The notes under the pieces were generated by a model. It worked only from the letters and a program-made list of their open reading frames with translations. It ran no database searches and had not been told where the DNA came from. From NCBI GenBank assembly GCA_044226625.1, contig JBGAGQ010000082.1, forward strand, positions 1 through 23,335: a stretch of 23,335 bases of DNA, written 5' to 3'. Source of the stretch: Thermoanaerobaculia bacterium. GTDB taxonomy: Bacteria > Acidobacteriota > Thermoanaerobaculia > Multivoradales > UBA5704. Below are positions 1-6,063 of the stretch, piece after piece. Position 1 is the first letter of the stretch. Each line of letters begins with the position of its first letter. The position numbers and the translations under genes were made by a program.

Positions 1-1
1 C

Positions 2-763
2 GGCGCGGCCGACCTCTTCCTCTACGACCGGATCGCCGATTCGAGCACCCTCGCGAGCCACGCCGTCGGCGCACCGCTCACCGCGCTCGGCGTCGACGCG
101 GGGAGCCCGCCGTCGATCGCCGCCGACGGCCGGTTCGTCGCCTTCACGAGCGCCGCGCCGCTCGCCGCCGGGGCGCCCGCGCGGACGAACGTCTTTCTCT
201 TCGATCGGTTCCACGCCACGAACGCGCTCTTGAGCCCGGCGGTCTTTCCCGCCTCCGGTCCGGTGGGGACCTCGCTCAACCCGCAGATCAGCGCCGACGG
301 CAGCGTCGTGGTCTTCGCCTCGAATTCGACCGACCTGGTGGCCGACGACCGCAACGGAGCGCTCGACGTCTTCGCGGCGAAAAACCCGAACCTGGGCCAA
401 TACTTCACCGTCTCCCCCTGCCGCCTCTACGACAGCCGAGGCGACGGAGCGGGACCGCTCGCCTCCGGCGCGCCGCGCATCCGGCCCGCGCAAGGCCTCT
501 GCGGCGTCCCGCCGACGGCGACCGCGATCGCCGCGAACGTCACGGTGACGTCGCCCACCGCGCTCGGCTTCCTCACCCTCTACCCGGGAGACGGAGCGGC
601 CCCGGGGGTCGCGACCCTCAACTTCGCCGCCGGCCAGACGCGGACCAACAACGCGGTGGTCCGCCTCTCCGCCGACGGCGACGGAACCTACGCGGCGTCG
701 GCTTTCGTGCTCGGCTCGGGGACGGTCCACGTGATCGTGGACGTGGGGGGGTACTTCGAGTAG
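2..763 (+). CDS. Partial (5'-truncated) TolB-like/PD40 beta-propeller protein with a C-terminal beta-rich domain
   Basis: The frame is open from position 2 (GAADLFLYDR...) into ORF 230..763. PD40-like repeats: PSIAADGRFVAFTS and PQISADGSVVVFASNSTDLV..D.NG..DVF. The C-terminal module YFTVSPCRLYDSR...NVTV...GFLTLYP...LNF..GQTR.N...HVIVDVGGYF is typical of surface proteins. Confidence 0.8.
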   Translation, partial: GAADLFLYDRIADSSTLASHAVGAPLTALGVDAGSPPSIAADGRFVAFTSAAPLAAGAPARTNVFLFDRFHATNALLSPAVFPASGPVGTSLNPQISADGSVVVFASNSTDLVADDRNGALDVFAAKNPNLGQYFTVSPCRLYDSRGDGAGPLASGAPRIRPAQGLCGVPPTATAIAANVTVTSPTALGFLTLYPGDGAAPGVATLNFAAGQTRTNNAVVRLSADGDGTYAASAFVLGSGTVHVIVDVGGYFE

Positions 764-773
764 CCGGGGGCGA

Positions 774-800
774 TGTCACAAACCGCTTCGTCGAACCCTC
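774..800 (+). promoter_or_regulatory. Putative ECF-sigma promoter TGTCACA-N16-CCTC
   Basis: TGTCACA at 774-780 and CCTC at 797-800; one mismatch to the ECF41-type consensus TGTCACA-N16-CGTC. It lies 60 bp upstream of the SRPBCC-ECF operon. Confidence 0.55.
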
Positions 801-860
801 CTTAGATCGCAGAGGGCCGCGATCCCGCGGCGTTCAAAAAGAAGATCCAGGGAGACGAGA

Positions 861-1265
861 ATGAAGACCCACGACGTTCAATCCGTATCGCTCGCCGTGC
901 CGAGCCGGCGCGCTTTCGAGTTCATCGCGGCTCCGGAGAACCTTCCGCGCTGGACCAGCGCCTTCGCCGCCGCGGACGCGGCCCGGGCGACGCTGCGCAC
1001 GCCCGCGGGTGAGATGGATATTCGGTTGAAGACCGCGGCCGATCGCGAGACCGGCACGATCGACTGGTCGATGACGTTCCCGGACGGCGCGGTCGCGTCC
1101 GCCTATTCGCGCGTCACGGCGGACGGCGCGACACGATGCGTCTACTCTTTCGTCTTGATGGCGCCGCCGGTTCCGCTCGAAGCGCTCGAAGGCGCGCTCG
1201 ACGCGCAACGACAGACTCTCGCGGAGGAGTTGGTGCGGCTCAAAGCCCTCCTGGAGACGCGATGA
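861..1265 (+). CDS. SRPBCC (START/Bet v1-like, polyketide cyclase-like) family protein
   Basis: 134 aa with SVSLAVPSRRAFEFIAAPENLPRW at the N-terminus and the helix LAEELVRLKALLE at the C-terminus. GGAG RBS upstream; ATGA overlap with the next gene. Confidence 0.85.
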   Translation: MKTHDVQSVSLAVPSRRAFEFIAAPENLPRWTSAFAAADAARATLRTPAGEMDIRLKTAADRETGTIDWSMTFPDGAVASAYSRVTADGATRCVYSFVLMAPPVPLEALEGALDAQRQTLAEELVRLKALLETR

Positions 1266-2122
1266 TCCAAGTGGACGAGGCCACGGTCGAGGCGGCGCGG
1301 CAGGGGAACCGCGCCGCCCTGGAGGAGCTCGTCGGCGCCCTCCAGCGGCCGATGTTCAACCTCGCGCTGCGCATGTTGGCCGATTCCGCCGACGCTGAGG
1401 ACGCCGCGCAGGAGATCGTGATCAAGATCCTCACCCACCTGGGCGGCTTGCGAGATCTCGGCGCCTTCGGGGGCTGGGCACTGCGCGTGGCCACGCGACA
1501 TTTGATCCAGGAGCGGACGAAGGGGCGCATCGAGTCGATGCGCCTCACCTTCCGCTCGTTCGGCGCCGATCTGATGGATGGGCTCGCGGATCTTCCCGAC
1601 GACGCCGCGGTCGATCCCCAGCGCAACGCCCTCGCGGCGCAGGTCAAGATCGGCTGCACGCTCGCCCTGCTCACCTGTCTGAGCCGGCCTCTCCGCGCGG
1701 CCTACGTCCTCGCGGACGTGTACGAGCTGTCCGACCTCGAAGCCGCGGAGGTGCTCGAAATCGCGCCCGCCGCCTACCGCCAGCGACTGCGCCGCGCCCG
1801 CGCAATGGTCGTCGCGTTCACCCAGCGCCACTGCGGCCTCGTCGCGGCCGAGGCGCCCTGCCGTTGCGTCCGGCGGGTGGACCGAGCGCTGGCCACGGGG
1901 AGAATCCAGGCCGACGCCGGCACGCCGGAGGCGACGCACGAGCTTGCCCGCATCGAGCGATCCGTCGCCTGCCTCGATCGCGACCGCCGCACGGCGGCGC
2001 TCCTCCGATCGAATCCCGCATTCTCTTGGCAAGCTCGAACCCTCGAGGTCCTCGACCGCTTCCAGGCGGGAGCCCGAAGGTTCCAGGAAAGCCCCGGGCG
2101 AAGGGAGACGCACGGAGAGTAG
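1262..2122 (+). CDS. ECF RNA polymerase sigma factor with Cys-containing C-terminal extension
   Basis: Start reassigned to ATG 1262 (MIQVDE), overlapping the upstream stop. Region 2: FNLALRML...DAEDAAQE...WALRVA. Region 4: LRAAYVL...EAAEVLEI...RQRLRRAR. Followed by HCGLV...PCRC. Confidence 0.9.
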   Translation: MIQVDEATVEAARQGNRAALEELVGALQRPMFNLALRMLADSADAEDAAQEIVIKILTHLGGLRDLGAFGGWALRVATRHLIQERTKGRIESMRLTFRSFGADLMDGLADLPDDAAVDPQRNALAAQVKIGCTLALLTCLSRPLRAAYVLADVYELSDLEAAEVLEIAPAAYRQRLRRARAMVVAFTQRHCGLVAAEAPCRCVRRVDRALATGRIQADAGTPEATHELARIERSVACLDRDRRTAALLRSNPAFSWQARTLEVLDRFQAGARRFQESPGRRETHGE

Positions 2123-2298
2123 AGACCGAGGACGTGGCGGGACTCTTCGAGTGGACGACCCCGCGGTCGGCGCACCAGGCCCCAGCCTGCGGGAACCGGA
2201 GCGGAGGTTGAGGGCGCCTCGGCGGTGGAGCGTCGCCGCGGGCCGTAGCGTGCGGGTCGTCGTTCCGCGCTAAGAGGAAGATGGATTCTTCTGTCGGG

Positions 2299-2684
2299 GT
2301 GCGGATGCAAAACGCTGTGCCCCTGTGAATTCCGGCTGTGTACCGCTACAGAGGATCAGCGCAGCGGTGCGCTGGAAGATTGCGCCTCTGCAAAATCGGA
2401 ATGCAGCGGTGCGCAGCGAGAATGCACCGCCGCAAAGTCCGCGGGCACCGGTGCACCGCGGGAGTGCACCGCTGCAAAACACCAGCGCACCGGTGCACTG
2501 GGACGATGCACCGCAGCAATCCGGCCGCGCACCTCTTCAAAATGGTTATGTACCACTGCAATGTCCTGGAGCACCTCTGCAAAACACCAGAGCACCGCTA
2601 CAAAACGAAAATGCACCGGTGCACCGGGTTGTGCCGCGGTGCACTGAGCGGTGTACCGTTGCAACGGCCTGTGCAGCGGTGCAC
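2299..2684. repeat. Periodic array of 12-bp quasi-palindromic cores (consensus GCACCGSTGCAM) with variable 8-9 bp spacers
   Basis: 15 cores at an exact 21-bp period from 2319 to 2613, then cores at 2633, 2653 and 2673 (20-bp period), plus a degenerate core at 2299. TGCACCGGTGCA (2612-2623) is a perfect palindrome. Confidence 0.85.
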
Positions 2685-2795
2685 AGCGGGCGGCGGGGAG
2701 GGGGCAGCGAGCGGGGGGAAGGGTGCCGCTCGCGCAAAGCTCGCCGCTCGGGGGCAGAACTTCTCCGTAACGGATCGTGGTGCGCGGCGACACGT

Positions 2796-2919
2796 CGCCG
2801 CACTCCAAAATGTCTCGGCTCCGACTCTACGCCTCGGCCGGCGAAGCCCCCGTTGCCGAGCTGGTGCTCAGCGGTCCCAGGAGAACCTCGGCGTCTTCCA
2901 GCTCCCCCAAGCGCCGGCC
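2796..2919. repeat. Direct repeat copy 1 (3' end of the STAND gene plus downstream flank)
   Basis: Aligns by eye with 5895-6015; shared blocks CGCCGCACTCCAAA, CTCGGCT, CCGGCGAAG, GTTGCCGAGC, GGTGCTC, TCCCAGGAG and CAGCTC. Confidence 0.85.
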
Positions 2920-5814
2920 GTAGCCGTGCTTCTCAATCAATCGGCGCGCCTCCGCGAGTGCGGCTCGGTCGTGGAACATCCGGCCGCGATAGAGCGCGAT
3001 GTCGGCAAGAGACAGCCGCATCGGGCCGCGCTCCGCGATTTCTTGCGCTTCGTCCAGGTCGGCGCGGGCGGCCTCGGGGTGGCCCATTTCGAAATGCAGC
3101 CAGGAGCGGGTGAGCAGGCCCCGAACGATGAATTCGAAAGTGCCTGCGCGGCGGAGATCGTCCAGGGCTGACTCGATCTCAGGTTTCGCGGCGGCGGGGT
3201 TCGTGCCCTCCAGGATCGATCGATAGAGCGCGGCGCGGCTGAGGGTTAGGTGGTCGAGGGCGATGTCGAGAAGCCAGTTCTGGGGTGTGACCCATTCCAG
3301 CGTCTCCGCCGCCCGCTCCTCGACCTCGCGGATCGCGTCGAAGAGCTCCGCCCCCACCGATTCCGTTCTCCCTTTCCGAACCGCCGCACGCTCGGCCTCG
3401 CCGAGCAGAAGGTCGCAGTACCGGAAGCCTGCGAACGAGTAGAGCCGCGGGTATTCCGCCTGAAACTCGGCCTGTATCCTCTCCGCCGCGGCGAACAGCG
3501 ATCGCGACTCACCTCCTCGGCCCGACTGGTGCAGCGTGTCGGCGTGCGCCGTGCGGAAGGCCATCCTTAGAAAGGCATCCTCGCTTTGGTCGGCGAAGGT
3601 CACGGAGCGCGCCGCGTCCTCCGCGGACTGGGCGATCTCTCCCAGCGTCAGCTCCAGCTCGCTCAGGTTGGAGGCGCTGACGGCGGCTCCATTCCATTCA
3701 CCTCGATTGACATCCATCTCCATGGAGATCCGCATCGGCTCCAGGGCCTCGGTCAGCCGTCCCAGGGCGCGCAGGCGGAAGGCGGCCTGGTTCAGCAGCC
3801 AAGCGTGGTCGGCTTCGGAGAGGGCGGACGAGACGCGGCCCCAGGGGGGATCGAAAAAGCAGGCCACGGCCCCCAGGTCGGCGCCGAAGGCTCCGAGCTT
3901 ACTCACGACGAACGCTGCCGCCCCGCGCGAGATGCGATCCCAGTAGATCCCGTCACATGCCTCCTGCTGCCGCCCCGCATGGCAGCCGTGGGCGACGGCC
4001 TGGTAGAGAGGCTGGAGACCTTCGAGCGTGTCGGGCTGATGAGGGCTCGAATCCCGCAGGTGCTCGAAAAGCCGGCCGTGCGCGGACCGCCAGGCTTCCG
4101 GGTTCTTCGTCTTGAGCCGCTCGGCGAAGTACTCGCGGACGAGTGGATGGGCGTCGAGGATCTCGGCCCGGCCGGTCTTCGCGTCGGTCGAAAGCGAGAG
4201 GAGGCCGCATCCGGTCAGGGCGTCGACGGCAAAGTTCCAGTCCTCGTCGACGAGCTCCACGAGCGCATCCGTCAGCCCAGCAATCGCCGGCTCCTGGCGA
4301 AGCGCCTTCACGCATCCCCCGTCCGCCGGGCGGTCGAAGAGGCCGAGCAGCCGCAGGATGGCAAGCTGCCGAGCGCCCTCTTCTCCCTCGGTGATCAACA
4401 AACGCTCATAGGCCCCGATCACCCGGAACGCGTGACGGCCTTGGACTTTGGCATCCGCCTTCTCCAGCTTCACCACGTCTCGCTTCCGAACGTCGCCTTT
4501 GTGCGCTTTCGCGAGGTACGTCCCGAGCAGGTTGATCGTGAGGGCGTGGCCTTTCACGTCTTCGATCAGCTTTTCGAAATCCTCCCCCGAGCCCCAGACG
4601 CCGAGCTTCTTGAGCAGCGCGATACCCGCATCGGTGCTCAAACCCTCCAGCGACCATTCAGGTGTCGAGGCCGAGTTGAACTTCGGAATACCCTTTACGC
4701 TCTCGCGGGTCGTCACGACGCAAAGGCCTGGGTTGTTTGCCGCGAGGCCTCCCAACAGGGCTTGCAGTCCAGGATCTTTCAACTGCCCGGCCAGCGGGCT
4801 CGATACTGGATATTGGAGAGGCTCCAGGCCGTCGAGGACCAAGAGCGCCTTCCTCTTCCCGATGAGCCCGGCGAGCTTCGCTGCCTTTTCCCAAGAGGAC
4901 ATCGAACTGGCCGCGATCTTCTCTCCCTCCACATCGCCGAAGAACCGCAACGCCGCGTTAACGAACGGCTCACCGGTGGCCGAGCCTTCTTCCTTGGTAC
5001 CCTGGCTGTAGAACGACCAGTCGAAATAATCCGCCCCGCCGAGGTCTTTCTCGGCCGCCCACTTGCCGACCAGCGAGGTCTTCCCGACGCCGCCCCAGGC
5101 GACGAGGGTCACGACGCGGACGTTCGGATCGGCCCACGCGGCGTCGAGGGCGGCGCGTTCTTTCTCTCGGCCGATTAGATCTTCGGCCACGTGGGTGAGG
5201 CGGCTGGGGGCGACCCTAGGACCCCGGTCCAGCACCAAAGGCACAGCGGGGGGAGTGTTGTAGATCGTGACATTCCCAAGGACGTTTCCACCGATCGCGG
5301 CTCCACCCGGTCCGGCGGCAACGCTTCTTGTGCTTGCCTCCTCCGACACTCCAAATGTCCGCCAGATCGAAGGCCAGTACTTCGGTCCGACCCTTCGGAG
5401 CAGATCCGGCCTCGCCCGGATCGCTTCCCAGATCTCGTCCCAGAACCAGACCGAGACCCGAAATCCGGCGTCGCGGATCTGCCGCGCGCGCTCTTGAATC
5501 GCCACGTCTCGCGGACCGGTCGTGGCCACGATGAAAAAGCTCAGCGAGGGAGAAAAGCCTTGGGCCTTCTTGACCTCCTGAGTCAGCTCCGCCGCAGTGA
5601 GCTTCGAGTCGGCCTGGGCGCTCTTCTGCTTGCACTGAACGCCCACCCAACCCGTGCCGTCGTGCCCATAGACGTCCACCCCGGCCTGCGGCTGGCCGAG
5701 GCGACCGTTCTTCTGCGCGTCGCTTTTCGGACCCCAGATCTCTCGCCAGAGATCGAGGCAGAGGGCCTCGAACTCGGAGGGGTCCTCCAGCGGGGTTAGA
5801 AAGTCGACGCTCAT
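2827..5814 (-). CDS. Restriction-endonuclease-like (Mrr/Cap4-like) effector - STAND P-loop NTPase - TPR protein; NLR/Avs-like defence candidate
   Basis: Likely start ATG 5814 (MSVDF). N-terminal FEALCLDL...GRLGQPQAGVDV...VGVQCK is a PD-(D/E)xK variant with D...QxK. Walker A AWGGVGKTS, Walker B LLVLDGLE, sensor VVTTRE, GHAL (GxP-like), HPLVREY (MHD-like), then C-terminal helical TPR-like repeats. Confidence 0.85.
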   Translation of the reverse strand: MSVDFLTPLEDPSEFEALCLDLWREIWGPKSDAQKNGRLGQPQAGVDVYGHDGTGWVGVQCKQKSAQADSKLTAAELTQEVKKAQGFSPSLSFFIVATTGPRDVAIQERARQIRDAGFRVSVWFWDEIWEAIRARPDLLRRVGPKYWPSIWRTFGVSEEASTRSVAAGPGGAAIGGNVLGNVTIYNTPPAVPLVLDRGPRVAPSRLTHVAEDLIGREKERAALDAAWADPNVRVVTLVAWGGVGKTSLVGKWAAEKDLGGADYFDWSFYSQGTKEEGSATGEPFVNAALRFFGDVEGEKIAASSMSSWEKAAKLAGLIGKRKALLVLDGLEPLQYPVSSPLAGQLKDPGLQALLGGLAANNPGLCVVTTRESVKGIPKFNSASTPEWSLEGLSTDAGIALLKKLGVWGSGEDFEKLIEDVKGHALTINLLGTYLAKAHKGDVRKRDVVKLEKADAKVQGRHAFRVIGAYERLLITEGEEGARQLAILRLLGLFDRPADGGCVKALRQEPAIAGLTDALVELVDEDWNFAVDALTGCGLLSLSTDAKTGRAEILDAHPLVREYFAERLKTKNPEAWRSAHGRLFEHLRDSSPHQPDTLEGLQPLYQAVAHGCHAGRQQEACDGIYWDRISRGAAAFVVSKLGAFGADLGAVACFFDPPWGRVSSALSEADHAWLLNQAAFRLRALGRLTEALEPMRISMEMDVNRGEWNGAAVSASNLSELELTLGEIAQSAEDAARSVTFADQSEDAFLRMAFRTAHADTLHQSGRGGESRSLFAAAERIQAEFQAEYPRLYSFAGFRYCDLLLGEAERAAVRKGRTESVGAELFDAIREVEERAAETLEWVTPQNWLLDIALDHLTLSRAALYRSILEGTNPAAAKPEIESALDDLRRAGTFEFIVRGLLTRSWLHFEMGHPEAARADLDEAQEIAERGPMRLSLADIALYRGRMFHDRAALAEARRLIEKHGYGRRLGELEDAEVLLGPLSTSSATGASPAEA

Positions 5815-5894
5815 CGCAGGTTTCCGGAAACAGCGGAAAGCGTAACACTGAGAGAGGGGGTGCCGATCTCGACTCTGGGCAAGAGCTCTCAGAC

Positions 5895-6015
5895 CGCCGC
5901 ACTCCAAATCCTCGGCTACGCTTTCATGGCTCCACCGGCGAAGTCCCTGTTGCCGAGCCGGTGCTCGGCGCTCCCAGGAGTGCCCCAGCGTGTTTCAGCT
6001 CTCCTAAACGCGGCC
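5895..6015 (-). pseudogene. Degenerate remnant of a STAND-TPR gene 3' end (direct repeat copy 2)
   Basis: Minus-strand translation RPRLGELKHAGALLGAPSTGSATGTSPVEP* matches the C-terminus of the intact gene, GRRLGELEDAEVLLGPLSTSSATGASPAEA*, with the stop at the same position. Confidence 0.7.
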
Positions 6016-6063
6016 TTGCAACTGGATCAGCCGGCGCGCCTCGGCCAACCTGACGGCCAGTCC

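Noticed and set aside
2299-2684. CRISPR array or bona fide TIGR array
   Set aside because: Repeats (12 bp) and spacers (8-9 bp) are too short and degenerate for CRISPR and no cas genes are present. No Nop-domain Tas gene or clear box C/D motifs are visible.
2325-3171. ORFs 2325..3113, 2338..3171, 2346..2582 and 2356..2808 as real genes
   Set aside because: They arise from the stop-poor repeat, and the two long ones run antisense into the STAND gene. No convincing starts.
5820-5831. Perfect palindrome GTTTCCGGAAAC just upstream of the STAND start
   Set aside because: Single occurrence and no cognate regulator; it could be an operator but chance cannot be excluded.
5815-5907. N-terminal extension MECGG... 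of the STAND ORF
   Set aside because: It begins inside the repeated GCCGCACTCCAAA element; the domain starts at Met 5814.
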